From an uncultured Gammaproteobacteria bacterium (lineage in GTDB: Bacteria > Patescibacteriota > Patescibacteriia > UBA1558 > 2-01-FULL-52-15), in contig CAYOCJ010000001.1 of assembly GCA_964402565.1 (NCBI GenBank), positions 32,079-96,078 of the forward strand: a DNA stretch of 64,000 nt. Direction: 5' to 3'. Both the position numbers and the translations under genes were made by a program. Shown here in pieces: positions 35,361 to 46,022 of this stretch; within the stretch, counting starts at the first letter, position 1, and every line of letters begins with the position of its first letter. Below the pieces are notes generated by a model, which had not been told where the DNA came from, did not search any database, and saw nothing but the letters and a program-made list of their open reading frames with translations.

Positions 35361-36887
35361 TTAACGTGCGTATTCAGTTACGCGAAGTTCACGGATAAGG
35401 GTAACTTTTACTTCGCCAGGATATTTGAGTTCGGCCTCGATCTTATTTGCAATATCGCGTGCGAGCATCTTAGCAGAGTAATCATCTATCTTATCAGGAG
35501 TGACGAAGACCCTGATCTCGCGGCCTGCCTGGATAGCATAACTCTTTTCAATGCCTTCGAATGAATTTGCAACACCCTCGAGCTCTTCAAGGCGCTGAAT
35601 ATAATTTTCATAGGAATCTTTTCTTGCGCCGGGTCGGGAGCCGGAAATTGCGTCGGCGCATTTGACGATGATGCCTTCAATGGTCTTCGGATGATCTTCA
35701 TGGTGCGCGATAGCAATATAGGCCACTTCTTCAGGCAAGCCGAATTTTTTCATGAGGTCATAGCCTATCTCAGGATGGCCTCCCTGCACTTCATGGTCAA
35801 GTGCTTTACCGATGTCATGGAGCAAGCCGCCCTTTTTCGCAACGGCAGCATTTGCGCCCAGTTCATGCGCGAGCATGCCAGAAATATATGAGACTTCCAA
35901 TGCATGCTTGAGCTGATTTTGGCCATAGCTTGTTCTGTATTTGAGGCGGCCAAGGATCTGTACGAGTTTCGGATCAAGCCCGACTACGCCGGCTTCATAG
36001 GCAGCGTCTTCGCCTGCTTTGATGATGTCCATTGCAAGCTCTTTCTTCGCGCCAGCCACGACTTCTTCGATGCGGGCAGGATGGATGCGCCCGTCTACGA
36101 TGAGTTTATCCAGTACTCGCTTGGCTAAATGTCTCCGGATAGGGGAGAAGCCTGACACCATAATGGAGTCCGGCGTGTCATCAACGATGATCTCGACTCC
36201 GGTCAGGTTTTCGATGGTTTTGATATTTCTTCCTTCGCGGCCGATGATGCGACCCTTCATTTCTTCATTCGGGATGGTGACGATGGTGGTCGTACTTTCG
36301 GCGGTATGCGATGAGGCAATGCGCTGCATGGCAAGAGCGATCATATTTCTGGCTCTGTTTTCGAGCTCCTCGGAAGCCATATTTTCTTGTTTCTTGATGC
36401 GAACCAGCAATTCATCCTTCATCCGGTCTTCAACGTTCTTCATCAAGATCTCTTTTGCTTCTTTTTCGTCGAGATTAGCGATCGCTTCCAGTTTTTTCAT
36501 CTGGTCTTCTTTGATCTTCTTGATCTCTTCTTTCGCACCGGCAACTTTATCGATATCGTCGCTCAGTTTTTGCTGCTTGGATTCGAACTCGAGCAGTTTA
36601 TTATCGAAAAGCGATTCGCGCTTTTCGAGCCGCACCTGGAATTCCTGCATTTCACGGCGACGTTCGCGTTCTTCTGTCTTTGCCTCTTCGATGATCTGAG
36701 TGCCTTTGTTCTTTGCTTCGATCAAGGCTTCTTGCTGCTTTGTTTTAGCCTCTTCGATGATGACATGCGCCTTTTTATTGGCACGCTCAAGAGAATCCTT
36801 CAAGAGAAATTTTCTAATGAAGTATCCGACTGCAATTCCTGCGAGCAAGCCTCCGGTAAGGAGTGCCAGCGGAGTTAAATTGGACAT
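35361..36887 (-). CDS. rny: Ribonuclease Y
   Basis: TM, coiled coil, KH (GRIIGREGRNI), HD (LLHDIGK), SYAIQAGRE. Confidence 0.98.
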   Translation of the reverse strand: MSNLTPLALLTGGLLAGIAVGYFIRKFLLKDSLERANKKAHVIIEEAKTKQQEALIEAKNKGTQIIEEAKTEERERRREMQEFQVRLEKRESLFDNKLLEFESKQQKLSDDIDKVAGAKEEIKKIKEDQMKKLEAIANLDEKEAKEILMKNVEDRMKDELLVRIKKQENMASEELENRARNMIALAMQRIASSHTAESTTTIVTIPNEEMKGRIIGREGRNIKTIENLTGVEIIVDDTPDSIMVSGFSPIRRHLAKRVLDKLIVDGRIHPARIEEVVAGAKKELAMDIIKAGEDAAYEAGVVGLDPKLVQILGRLKYRTSYGQNQLKHALEVSYISGMLAHELGANAAVAKKGGLLHDIGKALDHEVQGGHPEIGYDLMKKFGLPEEVAYIAIAHHEDHPKTIEGIIVKCADAISGSRPGARKDSYENYIQRLEELEGVANSFEGIEKSYAIQAGREIRVFVTPDKIDDYSAKMLARDIANKIEAELKYPGEVKVTLIRELRVTEYAR

Positions 36888-36903
36888 ACGGAAAGCTCCT
36901 ATC

Positions 36904-37135
36904 TGCCAGCGAGTAGGTGCTACGGTTTCTAATCTAGAGATGCCACATGCTCCGCCTCCTTGATGGAGCTCAGAGTTTAGTTTGAAATAGGCAGTACGCC
37001 TGCTTCGAGTACAGAATGATTGACTGTGCCGTTTAGGCCTGGGAATATTGCAATCATGCTCGTATGTGGCTTTCTCGTAGTAACCAGAACTTCCGTTTTT
37101 GAATCCGCCTTGGGCGGAAACTACTCGTGTCAGCT
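36904..37135 (-). ncRNA. Structured RNA upstream of rny, possibly 6S RNA
   Basis: End-to-end pairings 36910-16/37121-27 and 36942-48/37064-70 around an internal bubble; promoter TTGCGT-17-TATGGT upstream. Confidence 0.5.
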
Positions 37136-37250
37136 AACTAATAATAATGTAATGACATCCGAATGGATATCATCGATACCATAGCACAGCCTTTTTCAGA
37201 ACGCAAGTCAATGTAAGTTTTTCCTCCATTCCTATGCTTCGATTAACGTA

Positions 37251-37287
37251 AGAAGGCGGCTTTCGTTTCACGAAAGCCGCCTCTTTT
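37251..37287. terminator. Hairpin after clpP
   Basis: AGGCGGCTTTCGT/ACGAAAGCCGCCT. Confidence 0.7.
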
Positions 37288-37306
37288 TCGTTATCCCAGG
37301 GAGATG

Positions 37307-37882
37307 TTACTTGATGATCTTATCAATAAGCCCGTATTTCAGAGCCTCTTCGGCTGTCATATGGAAATCGCGATCAGTATCATGTTCGATTTTCGACAGC
37401 GATTGGCCGGTGTCCTTGGCAAGAATTTTGTTCAATCGATCTTTGATCTTGATGATCTGTTCGGCTTTAATCTTAATATCGACTGCCTGACCTTGTGCTC
37501 CGCCGATCACTTGGTGGATAAGCATTTCAGAATTCGGCAATGAATAGCGGCTGCCTTTGGCACCGCCGGCAAGAAGCACTGCGCCCATTGAGGCTGCAAG
37601 ACCGACGCAAATGGTCGAGACAGGAGCCTTGATGTGCTGTATGGTGTCGTAGATCGCGAGTCCATCGGTCACATTACCGCCAGGGGAGTTGATATAGAGT
37701 TTGATAGGTTTCTTGTCATCCTGGCTGGCCAAGAACAGAAGCTGCGCAATGATGCTGTTCGCAACGCCGGAATCAATGCCGTCGCCGAGGAAGATGATGC
37801 GATCTTTCAGCAAACGGGAATAAATATCATATGCGCGTTCGCCGAAGTTCGATTTTTCTATGACTGTTGGTATGAGATACAT
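37307..37882 (-). CDS. clpP: ATP-dependent Clp protease proteolytic subunit
   Basis: [36 protein letters not shown]. Confidence 0.98.
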   Translation of the reverse strand: MYLIPTVIEKSNFGERAYDIYSRLLKDRIIFLGDGIDSGVANSIIAQLLFLASQDDKKPIKLYINSPGGNVTDGLAIYDTIQHIKAPVSTICVGLAASMGAVLLAGGAKGSRYSLPNSEMLIHQVIGGAQGQAVDIKIKAEQIIKIKDRLNKILAKDTGQSLSKIEHDTDRDFHMTAEEALKYGLIDKIIK

Positions 37883-37923
37883 AATGTTATTGTTTCGTTA
37901 GTACCGTAGAATGTACACCCTTT

Positions 37924-38895
37924 TTACACGATAGTCCAGTTTGACCCCTGCGCCTGCAATGAGCCGGCAATTTTAAACCCGGACGCCTTCCGATGGCCGC
38001 CTCCTCCAAGCGTCAACGCAAGGCTTCCGACATTGACATTGTCTTTCACGGTGCGCAATGAGCCTTTGATCATACCCTCCTTTTTCGCGTAGAGGAATAA
38101 AATGATATTTACGTTCGGGATCAGGCTCAAGTAATTGCTGATGCCCTCGACCGACTCAGGATCTGCGCCGATTTGCTCGATATCATCGTCGGTGATGAAA
38201 CTAATGATGCTGTTATAGTCGCGGTTATGTTTCAGCCGTGACATAATGAGCCCCCAGAGCTTCAGATCAGTAATGGATTTCGTATACAATGTTTTTCGTA
38301 TCGTGCTATAGAGGTCGGCGCCTGATTCTATGAGTTTTGAAACGATCGAGTATGCCTGATACGACGTTGCCGGGTTCGTTAATTTATCAGTGTCTGTAAT
38401 GAGGCCGTGCAGGAGGCTGTCTGCAATATGGCGATCGATCTCAATCTCCCAGTGAAAAAAGAGGCGCGCAAGGACTTCAGTTGTCGAACTTGCATTTCTG
38501 ACGACAAGATTGATATCCCCGTAATCTGGATTGGTCGCATGATGGTCGACATTGATAACCGTCGTTGCTGTGTTATCGCGCCGCATCATGAAGCCATCGA
38601 TGCCTGCATATTCGAGATCACCGGAGTCATTTACGATAATGAGATCAAATTGTTTATTGAATACTTCAGGATCTTGTTTGATCAAATAGCTTGAATAGAG
38701 ATGTTTCAGATAATCAGGCACCGGATCAAGACAGAAAGCCTCGACTTCTTTTCCTTGTTTCTCTAATACAGAGATCCATGCGCACACTGAGCCGAGCGTG
38801 TCTGCATCAGGTTTTTTGTGCGCAACAAGCAGGATGCGTTTTGCACCGGAAACAGCATTTTTAATTGCCTGCGCTTCGATCTGGTAATTTACCAT
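37924..38895 (-). CDS. nrnA: DHH/DHHA1 phosphoesterase (NrnA-like)
   Basis: HKKPDADTLGS, VDHH, TDT, GGGGHRKASG. Confidence 0.9.
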   Translation of the reverse strand: MVNYQIEAQAIKNAVSGAKRILLVAHKKPDADTLGSVCAWISVLEKQGKEVEAFCLDPVPDYLKHLYSSYLIKQDPEVFNKQFDLIIVNDSGDLEYAGIDGFMMRRDNTATTVINVDHHATNPDYGDINLVVRNASSTTEVLARLFFHWEIEIDRHIADSLLHGLITDTDKLTNPATSYQAYSIVSKLIESGADLYSTIRKTLYTKSITDLKLWGLIMSRLKHNRDYNSIISFITDDDIEQIGADPESVEGISNYLSLIPNVNIILFLYAKKEGMIKGSLRTVKDNVNVGSLALTLGGGGHRKASGFKIAGSLQAQGSNWTIV

Positions 38896-39038
38896 AGCCA
38901 GCCACTATAAATAAAAAGCGCCGCCATGTCAATTGACACTCTGTATTCTTTTATTTAGGGTGCTACTATACGTTCTTTACCATTGATTTTCCTAGGAGAA
39001 ACCATTAAACGTAGCGGCGAGCCGCAAGGAGGATTCAC

Positions 39039-39719
39039 TTGGACATCATCGAAATCTTCAAGAACATGGGTCTGATCGGCTGGGTTGTGGTCATCATTCT
39101 GGGCCTTCTCTCCGTGATCGCTTCATCCATGATGTTGAAGAAGGCTGTGCTGTTCCATAAGGCACGGGCCGAATCGACCGCGTTCATCCCGCTTTTCGAT
39201 GTCGCTCTGAAAAAAAACGATCTCCAGCAAGCCGCCGACATCGCCCGGAAATACAAGAAATCGCATCTGGCACAGATCATGCTTGCGGGCGTTACCGAGT
39301 ATCAGAACGAGCGCGATGAACTGCGAGGCGACGAGCTCGTTGCCGCGATCGATCGAGCCGTGTCGAATGAAACCGAGCTCATGCACGCCAAGATGCACCA
39401 TGGTCTGAACCATCTGGCCACGATCGCATCGACCTCCCCATTCGTGGGGCTTTTCGGCACCGTTATGGGCATCATTCACGCCTTTCAGGGCATCGCACAC
39501 TCAGGCTCCGGCGGCCTCTCCAGCGTCTCGGCTGGCATCGCCGAGGCATTGATCACCACCGCGATAGGCATTTTGGTAGCGGTGATGGCTCTGGCGTGGT
39601 TTAACCATTACACGTCGAGGCTCAATCGTTTCCAGGTGGAGATGAACACGACCGCCAAACAGATGGTGGGTTTCTTCAAGAAAAAGATCGCCAAGGATTC
39701 GCGGCCTGAAGCTGCGTGA
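39039..39719 (+). CDS. MotA/TolQ/ExbB proton channel family protein
   Basis: LATIASTSPFVGLFGTVMGI..AF, GIAEALITTAIG; SD AAGGAGG; CGTTCTTTACCA at 38971-38982. Confidence 0.95.
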   Translation: MDIIEIFKNMGLIGWVVVIILGLLSVIASSMMLKKAVLFHKARAESTAFIPLFDVALKKNDLQQAADIARKYKKSHLAQIMLAGVTEYQNERDELRGDELVAAIDRAVSNETELMHAKMHHGLNHLATIASTSPFVGLFGTVMGIIHAFQGIAHSGSGGLSSVSAGIAEALITTAIGILVAVMALAWFNHYTSRLNRFQVEMNTTAKQMVGFFKKKIAKDSRPEAA

Positions 39720-39752
39720 AGCAGGGCCTGCGAGACCAAAAAGGAGGTGCGC

Positions 39753-40040
39753 ATGTGGTGGACTGATGACATTCATACCGCGATCGCGATCGGTGAGAAC
39801 GACAACGCCTATCAGGCGCGGATCTTCTGGTTCTGGGTCTGCATCGCAGGCTTGTTCGCCGAGTGTCTTCTGATCGTCGGTCACTTCACTGCCGGCTGGC
39901 AGTCTATCTCGGCTGCGGAGATCATTCTCATTCCGCTGTGCCTTGCTCTGCTGAAGCTCTTCTACTCGCACCTTGATCTTCTGCATTCGCGCGAGCGCTT
40001 GTATAGACAAGCAGCAAGCGACAAGACGCTTCGCACCTGA
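39753..40040 (+). CDS. Hypothetical 2-TM protein (not ExbD-like)
   Basis: SD AAGGAGG; no ExbD N.TP.IDV motif. Confidence 0.65.
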   Translation: MWWTDDIHTAIAIGENDNAYQARIFWFWVCIAGLFAECLLIVGHFTAGWQSISAAEIILIPLCLALLKLFYSHLDLLHSRERLYRQAASDKTLRT

Positions 40041-40061
40041 AAACGTTCGGTTAAACCGAAA

Positions 40062-40097
40062 CACTCCCCGTGGACACCCGCGGGGAGTTTTCTTTTT
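40062..40097 (+). terminator. Intrinsic terminator
   Basis: ACTCCCCG/CGGGGAGT followed by TTTCTTTTT. Confidence 0.8.
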
Positions 40098-40112
40098 AGG
40101 TTACTGCGCCTG

Positions 40113-40439
40113 TTATCTACTTAAAGCTTCATCAACCGCAGCGTATTTCCGGTTCGTGAGGTCAAGCTCCCAATGTATCTGCGGTGAAAATTTCATGGTG
40201 AGTTTTTTGTTCAGCATATGCTGAACATCTTTTTTCATGCGGCGAAGCGCCTCCATGCCGGAACCCGTTTTATTATCCGGTAAAATAGAAACAAAAATAT
40301 TAGCATGCTTCAGATCAGGAGCAACCTCTGCGCGCATGATCGTGATCATACAATCGCGCGGCGGTTCTAAGTCGCGTGCCAGAATCTGACTAATTTCACG
40401 AACAAGGAGTTCGTTGACCTGTTCGGTGCGTTGAGACAT
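40113..40439 (-). CDS. rbfA: Ribosome-binding factor A
   Basis: R.EQVNELL.REISQIL, V.PDLKHA.IFVS. Confidence 0.92.
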   Translation of the reverse strand: MSQRTEQVNELLVREISQILARDLEPPRDCMITIMRAEVAPDLKHANIFVSILPDNKTGSGMEALRRMKKDVQHMLNKKLTMKFSPQIHWELDLTNRKYAAVDEALSR

Positions 40440-40457
40440 AGTACAATGCTAAGCAAG

Positions 40458-41057
40458 TTAAGATGAAGATTTTCTTCCCATTCTAAACTCAAATTCTTTT
40501 ACAAAAACAGGAATATAATTTTTTACTTCTTGCCCATATGCGTCATAAGCAATCTTTCCAAAACGTTTTGTTTTCCATTCAGCATAATAGTTATCGATAT
40601 GTTCAGGCGGGACATTAGCTAAATAGACCTCATCATCCATAAGCTCTGGATGATTTTTTTTATCTTTTATTAAATCTTCAAAGTAATCATGATCAGGGTC
40701 AAAATCATCAATATCCCCATAATCCTCATGGTCATCGTACCCATGACCACCTGTTTTTAATTTCTTGTCTAATTGACGCGACATCCAATATATTTGTTGG
40801 TGTAACAATTTTTCGTCTTCATTCAATGTGTATTTCCCGTGAGTGATCGCATATTCTTCCTCTTGGGTTAAAACAGGATGCAAAATAAGAGCATCGCCTA
40901 TAGCACGCAGCTCCTCTTGTTTCATACGAATGGATTCCTGTAATACGGTGTCGTCAGGATTACTCTTTACTTGCTCGACCAATGCTTTATATTCCTCGAA
41001 TAGGGCATCAATTTTATTTCGCTCAGGGCTTTCTTCGTGGGGTCGTTCGTACCTCAT
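40458..41057 (-). CDS. Hypothetical acidic protein inserted between infB and rbfA
   Basis: AT-rich 199-aa ORF. Confidence 0.7.
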   Translation of the reverse strand: MRYERPHEESPERNKIDALFEEYKALVEQVKSNPDDTVLQESIRMKQEELRAIGDALILHPVLTQEEEYAITHGKYTLNEDEKLLHQQIYWMSRQLDKKLKTGGHGYDDHEDYGDIDDFDPDHDYFEDLIKDKKNHPELMDDEVYLANVPPEHIDNYYAEWKTKRFGKIAYDAYGQEVKNYIPVFVKEFEFRMGRKSSS

Positions 41058-41079
41058 ACCTTTTTACTTATTACCTTTG

Positions 41080-43056
41080 TTACTTCTCAATAAAGAATTC
41101 GAAAATATCATTGACCTGGACTATGGGGTCGCAGGCTACTTCCATACCTACCTCCGAAGGAGCGACTGCCTCAGCTACATTTTCTTTGCTGCTCTGCAAA
41201 TTCGTGAGATTGCCATAGGTCATGATCTCTTCTCCACGAAGGACCTTCACCTTGCACCCTTTTTTTACCAAGCCTTCAATGACTCTGCCGCCGCAGATGA
41301 CGCTTTTGTTCGTCGTTTTAAAAATTGCCAATACTTTCAATTTGCCGATAAGCTGGCGAGTCAAAGTCGGCTTCTTGATCAGATCGAGCTGCTTCTCGAT
41401 CTTTTCGATCACATGGTAAATGACATCTTCATAGAGAATATGCACTTTTCGTTCGTCTGCGAAAGCGGTCATTTTCTTATTTTCCTTCAGGTGAAAACTG
41501 ATAATACTGCCGCCTGTTGCCTGTGCGGTCAGGATATCTGCTTCAGTGACGAAACCGAGACCTTTCTTGATGATACGCACCTGCGCTTCCGGGCCCGAGA
41601 GTTTGGTCAGGGATTCTTCGATAGCTTCGAGCGAGCCCAATACATCGGCTTTGATCAATACATTCACCGAAGGAACATTTTTTTCGCTATTTTCGTCCTG
41701 TCCGTTTTTGCTCACTGATGCACGCCTCGTTACGACGACTTTTTCTTGTTCTTTGAGGCGCTTATTGAACTCTTTACGATCTTGCTCTACGACAAGGATA
41801 TCGCCAACAGCAGGCAATTGCTTCAATCCGAGTATTTTTACCGGCATACCGGGAGTAGCATGCGGAACGTCAGCGCCGGTCCAGTCCTTCAATGCTTTCA
41901 CCTTGCCGGCAGCATGGCCGACAACGAGCAAGTCATTGATCTTGAGGCTGCCTGCTTGGATCAGAACTGTAGCTACTGGTCCTTCTCCTTTGTCGATATG
42001 CGACTCGATAATTGTGCCGATAGCATTACCCGAAGCGTCGGCTTTAAGTTCTTCGAGGTCAGCAACCAGCAGGATCATTTCCAGCAATTCAGGAATACCC
42101 GTTCCTTTCAAAGCTGAGATAGGAGCGCAAATGACCTTGCCGCCCCAGTCTTCCGGCTGCAAGTTTATTTCTGCAAGTTCTTTCTTGACCTTATCAATAT
42201 CAGCAGTTTCTTTATCTATTTTATTGATAGCGACGATGAACGGGAGATTTTCTTTTTGGATGATGGCAATGCTTTCTAACGTTTGAGGCTTCAAACCATC
42301 GTCAGCTGCTACCACCAGTACTGCGAGGTCGGCGATCTGTCCGCCGCGAGAACGCATGGCTTTGAACGCTTCGTGCCCTGGCGTATCAAGGAAGGTTATG
42401 ATCCTTTTTTTCCCCTTGCTGACCGCTTCGGTTTGATAGGCTCCGATATGCTGGGTGATGCCGCCTGATTCCCCGGCCATGATGTTCGTTTTCCGAATGG
42501 CGTCGAGCAATTTTGTCTTGCCATGATCGACATGGCCCATGATCACGACTACCGGCGGACGGGGATTGACGCCGCTTCGCTCTGAGAGCAAGCCTTCGAG
42601 CATTTCTTTTTTACTGACTTCCGCTGTCTCAGCAGCTGCCTGGCTTTTGGTAACTGTAAAGCCGAGATCTTCGCTGATGATGCTTGCGGTTTCAAAGTCG
42701 AGCCGTTCGTTCAGCGATGCCATGATGCCATTGCGCATCATTTCGCCCATGATCTTGGCAATAGGCAGCTGGAGTTTTTCAGCTAAGTCTTTCACGATCA
42801 CGGTTTCAGGAAGTTCGACAGTACGGGATTTCTTGTCAACGGATGATTCTTTACCGCGGATCTCTCTGACTTCTTGTTCGCGCGCTTTCACTGCCTGGAT
42901 CTTCTGAAATTGCCGGACTGCGAAAATGATCTTATTGACCTGCGAATCATCAACCTTGATCGCGCGCCTGCCAATTGCAAAACCAACTTGCGGAAGCAAG
43001 TCGAGAAGTTCATTTGGAGTAAGTTTCAATTCCTGAGCTAATTTGCTGATGTTCAT
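41080..43056 (-). CDS. infB: Translation initiation factor IF-2
   Basis: [38 protein letters not shown]; start trimmed to MNISK. Confidence 0.98.
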   Translation of the reverse strand: MNISKLAQELKLTPNELLDLLPQVGFAIGRRAIKVDDSQVNKIIFAVRQFQKIQAVKAREQEVREIRGKESSVDKKSRTVELPETVIVKDLAEKLQLPIAKIMGEMMRNGIMASLNERLDFETASIISEDLGFTVTKSQAAAETAEVSKKEMLEGLLSERSGVNPRPPVVVIMGHVDHGKTKLLDAIRKTNIMAGESGGITQHIGAYQTEAVSKGKKRIITFLDTPGHEAFKAMRSRGGQIADLAVLVVAADDGLKPQTLESIAIIQKENLPFIVAINKIDKETADIDKVKKELAEINLQPEDWGGKVICAPISALKGTGIPELLEMILLVADLEELKADASGNAIGTIIESHIDKGEGPVATVLIQAGSLKINDLLVVGHAAGKVKALKDWTGADVPHATPGMPVKILGLKQLPAVGDILVVEQDRKEFNKRLKEQEKVVVTRRASVSKNGQDENSEKNVPSVNVLIKADVLGSLEAIEESLTKLSGPEAQVRIIKKGLGFVTEADILTAQATGGSIISFHLKENKKMTAFADERKVHILYEDVIYHVIEKIEKQLDLIKKPTLTRQLIGKLKVLAIFKTTNKSVICGGRVIEGLVKKGCKVKVLRGEEIMTYGNLTNLQSSKENVAEAVAPSEVGMEVACDPIVQVNDIFEFFIEK

Positions 43057-43204
43057 GTTTTTTCCTTTCAGACGCTGCTCAACTGTACTGTCTAAACCTC
43101 TAAATGTCAAGGAAATAAGCCATTTTTAAATAAATCCATGGTTACGATTCGGGTATGTTTGACATGCCGGGATGTTTCAGGTATGTTAACTTGATTTTCT
43201 AAGT

Positions 43205-44323
43205 ATGCTGATCCAAGAGAAAACAGATATTCAAACTATTGTAGGTAACTCGCGGAGGGTGCTGGTACTTGCGAAGGATAATCCAGGGTACGATGAGGGG
43301 GCTTCTGCCCTCGCTTTATTTTTATGGCTCAAGCGCCAGAGCAAAGAACGCGTTGACCTTTTCATACCGGAAAGCGCTATGGGCCGCCTTCGGTTTTTAC
43401 CGGACATAGCAGAAGCGCGGACACAGATCCAGGCAGCAGATCAATTCGTCATACAGATCAGCGTAGCGAAAACAAAAGCCAAGGAGCTGAGTTATGATGT
43501 GAAGGATAATATCCTCGAGATCAGGATCAAACCTGAGGGCGGCAATTTTACGCAGAAGGACGTTTCATTCGCTGAAAGTTCTTTCGGATATGACCTTATC
43601 ATCACCATTGGCGCAGCTGAGCTGGCTTCGCTTGGCGATGTATTCGAGAAGAACAGAGAACTTTTCTTCAATACACCCATCATTAATATCGACCGGCAGA
43701 CGAGAAATGTCCGCTTCGGCCAGATCAATGCCGTACATCTCAACTCCACATCACTCTCTGAGATGGTCTACACCTTGATCGGGCCTGACATCACTCCGGA
43801 TATAGCACAGTGTTTGCTTACTGGCCTCATAGCTGCAACTAATAGTTTCCAAACTCCGCAAGTAACTCCGGAAACGCTGAAGCTCGCAAGCGATATGATC
43901 GTCGCCGGCGCAAAGCAGCAAGAGATAGTTACGCATCTTTATCGCACCAAGGATTTGGATAAACTGAAGATTTGGGGGAGAGTATTATCCCGATTGCAGC
44001 AAGTAGATAAGCGAATCGTCTACTCCGATCTAAGGAAAGAAGATGTCGAAGGAGGCAATATTGATCTTGCAGGGCTTGTCGATGATTTGGTTCTGGCCAG
44101 CCCTGAGGCTGACGTGGTGTTGTTTTTCTTCGAGCAATCTGCGGCCGAGACTGCCGTGTATGCCTATGCACGCGAAAATTATGATCTACAAATTCTCTTG
44201 CAGCCATTCAAACCGAACGGAAGCCGGCGTGAAGTAACCTGTGTATTTTCGGGCGATCGTGGAGTTGCTGAAGCTGCATTTCTCACACAACTGAAAGAGC
44301 AGATGAAGCTGATCCAGCGCTAG
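43205..44323 (+). CDS. Degenerate DHH-family protein
   Basis: DHH-like scaffold (IINID, TSLSE, LLTGLIAAT, KIWGRVL) with DHH replaced by DRQ. Confidence 0.75.
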   Translation: MLIQEKTDIQTIVGNSRRVLVLAKDNPGYDEGASALALFLWLKRQSKERVDLFIPESAMGRLRFLPDIAEARTQIQAADQFVIQISVAKTKAKELSYDVKDNILEIRIKPEGGNFTQKDVSFAESSFGYDLIITIGAAELASLGDVFEKNRELFFNTPIINIDRQTRNVRFGQINAVHLNSTSLSEMVYTLIGPDITPDIAQCLLTGLIAATNSFQTPQVTPETLKLASDMIVAGAKQQEIVTHLYRTKDLDKLKIWGRVLSRLQQVDKRIVYSDLRKEDVEGGNIDLAGLVDDLVLASPEADVVLFFFEQSAAETAVYAYARENYDLQILLQPFKPNGSRREVTCVFSGDRGVAEAAFLTQLKEQMKLIQR

Positions 44324-44330
44324 TCGTTCG

Positions 44331-44678
44331 TTATACGGCCCGCGAAAGACTGCTCACTAAAAAGCCAGCGATCGAATAGGACATGAGTATGATCAGCATG
44401 CCCACAATACTTGCGCCAATGATTCCTTTCGCACGTGCGATCTTGTCTTCGTTGCCTCCTGAAGTCATCCAAAGTAATCCAGCATACAAGATCGCAATAA
44501 TGAGGAATAGTCCGAGATAACCGACAAGTATTCCTACAATATTTCCGAGGATCGTCGGGAGCGGTCGATTACTGAAGCCAGCAAAATTTGCCGGCACTTC
44601 AATAGAGACCTGAGCATACGTAGTATGCGCTGCCAGCGCGAATGTGGATAGCACGATACATAATGACTTTTTGGCCAT
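44331..44678 (-). CDS. CPR-type pilin (TrbC/VirB2-like)
   Basis: Signal peptide, ILYAGLLWMTSGGNEDKI..AK, two hydrophobic helices. Confidence 0.85.
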   Translation of the reverse strand: MAKKSLCIVLSTFALAAHTTYAQVSIEVPANFAGFSNRPLPTILGNIVGILVGYLGLFLIIAILYAGLLWMTSGGNEDKIARAKGIIGASIVGMLIILMSYSIAGFLVSSLSRAV

Positions 44679-44769
44679 ATACCTATACGACGTGATCTCT
44701 TGTTTTTCCTGTCGCTGCTGTTCGTTGACTACTATCCAGTAAATTTGGCATACTTGGTTTGTCTTATAT

Positions 44770-44846
44770 GCGCCTGTAGCTCAATTGGTTAGAGCATTCG
44801 GCTTATATCCGAACGGTTCCTGGTTCGAGTCCAGGCAGGCGCACCA
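44770..44846 (+). tRNA. tRNA-Ile(UAU)
   Basis: Cloverleaf; anticodon arm TTCGG-CT-TAT-AT-CCGAA; GGTTCGAGTCC; ACCA. Confidence 0.92.
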
Positions 44847-44857
44847 TTTTTACTTAT

Positions 44858-45499
44858 ATGCCACTTGCCGCTACTCATATTCGTTTCGCCGTTGATGTGA
44901 TGGATGCTGTTCCGGTTACTGATCTAGATGCATATGTTTCAGGAACGATCTATCCGGATAGCCGATACATAACCGGATTACAGCGTTCACTGACCCATTC
45001 TGCAGAGTTGATACCTGGTTTTTTGAGAGGGGCCGATGACTTTAAAAAAGGCTGGGCCGTACATTTGGTGTGCGACCGGGAAATGAAACGGCTCGCTTAC
45101 GAAAACTTTCCAGAGTTCTTTGCGCATGAAGATGTACAGGGAACAAATGATGCCTGGGTTTCTATAACAGCGGTCAAAGTGCTTCAGGACGTAGAGGTAT
45201 TGAAGGACTTCAGCATTATTCCGTATCTTTCCGGTTTAGATCATGTAGAAAATCCGAATTACGAAGATCTGACGGCAATGACGAGGTATAACAACATTTT
45301 TAAAAAAGCGTACTCGACTGCGAGTGCCAATACACCTGAAATGCGTTATGACGTTTGGACTCTGCTCGGCCTTGACGCAGCAATAAAAGAAAAAATACAG
45401 CATCGTGTGGAGGTGTTTCGATCTGATACATCGATCATGGAACGCATCAGCGGCCTCTATGTGAAGATGCTTTCTGCAGCCGAATCATCATTGCAATAG
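44858..45499 (+). CDS. Hypothetical protein, possibly Zn-dependent phospholipase C-like
   Basis: ATH, GTIYPD, GWAVHLVCD pattern. Confidence 0.6.
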   Translation: MPLAATHIRFAVDVMDAVPVTDLDAYVSGTIYPDSRYITGLQRSLTHSAELIPGFLRGADDFKKGWAVHLVCDREMKRLAYENFPEFFAHEDVQGTNDAWVSITAVKVLQDVEVLKDFSIIPYLSGLDHVENPNYEDLTAMTRYNNIFKKAYSTASANTPEMRYDVWTLLGLDAAIKEKIQHRVEVFRSDTSIMERISGLYVKMLSAAESSLQ

Positions 45500-45503
45500 C
45501 AAT

Positions 45504-46001
45504 ATGCAAACCCCTAAACGAAAGCAAGGAAAATATTCTCATCTGAAAGCTGACCCGAATCTCACACAGGCGAAGTATCAAGCGCTGAAGAAATTGCTGC
45601 TCAAGCTGAGGTCAGATCAAAAAAAAGCTTCGAAAGAAGTGGCGCGGCTTGCTGAGTTTGGTGATTTTTCAGAAAACCATGCATATCAAATGGAGAAAGG
45701 GAGATTGCGCGGCATTAATCAGCGCATCATCGAAACAGAGGATCTAGTAGGCAGAGCAACTATCATTAAGCCGGATAAAAAAAGGAACGTTGTTCAACTG
45801 GGCAGCGTAGTAACTGTCGTAGTTGACGGAGGTGCACATAGGTATCATATTTTAGGTTCATCTGAGACCAGTCCGGAGAAGGGTGTGATCTCACATCATT
45901 CGCCCCTGGGCTCCGCATTGCTCGGACATGTTGTCGGGGATATACTATCGGTTGAATCTATAGATTCTGTGAAAACCTATACCATCCTTAAGATATCTTA
46001 A
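45504..46001 (+). CDS. greA: GreA/GreB family elongation factor
   Basis: GDFSENHAY, VQLGSVV, ISHHSPLGSALLG. Confidence 0.9.
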   Translation: MQTPKRKQGKYSHLKADPNLTQAKYQALKKLLLKLRSDQKKASKEVARLAEFGDFSENHAYQMEKGRLRGINQRIIETEDLVGRATIIKPDKKRNVVQLGSVVTVVVDGGAHRYHILGSSETSPEKGVISHHSPLGSALLGHVVGDILSVESIDSVKTYTILKIS

Positions 46002-46022
46002 ACAAATACGTCATCCTATACT

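Noticed and set aside
40843-41718. 291-aa ORF and other long antisense ORFs (36019-36699, 41546-42286, 24922-25482)
   Set aside because: Antisense shadows of infB, rny and pnp
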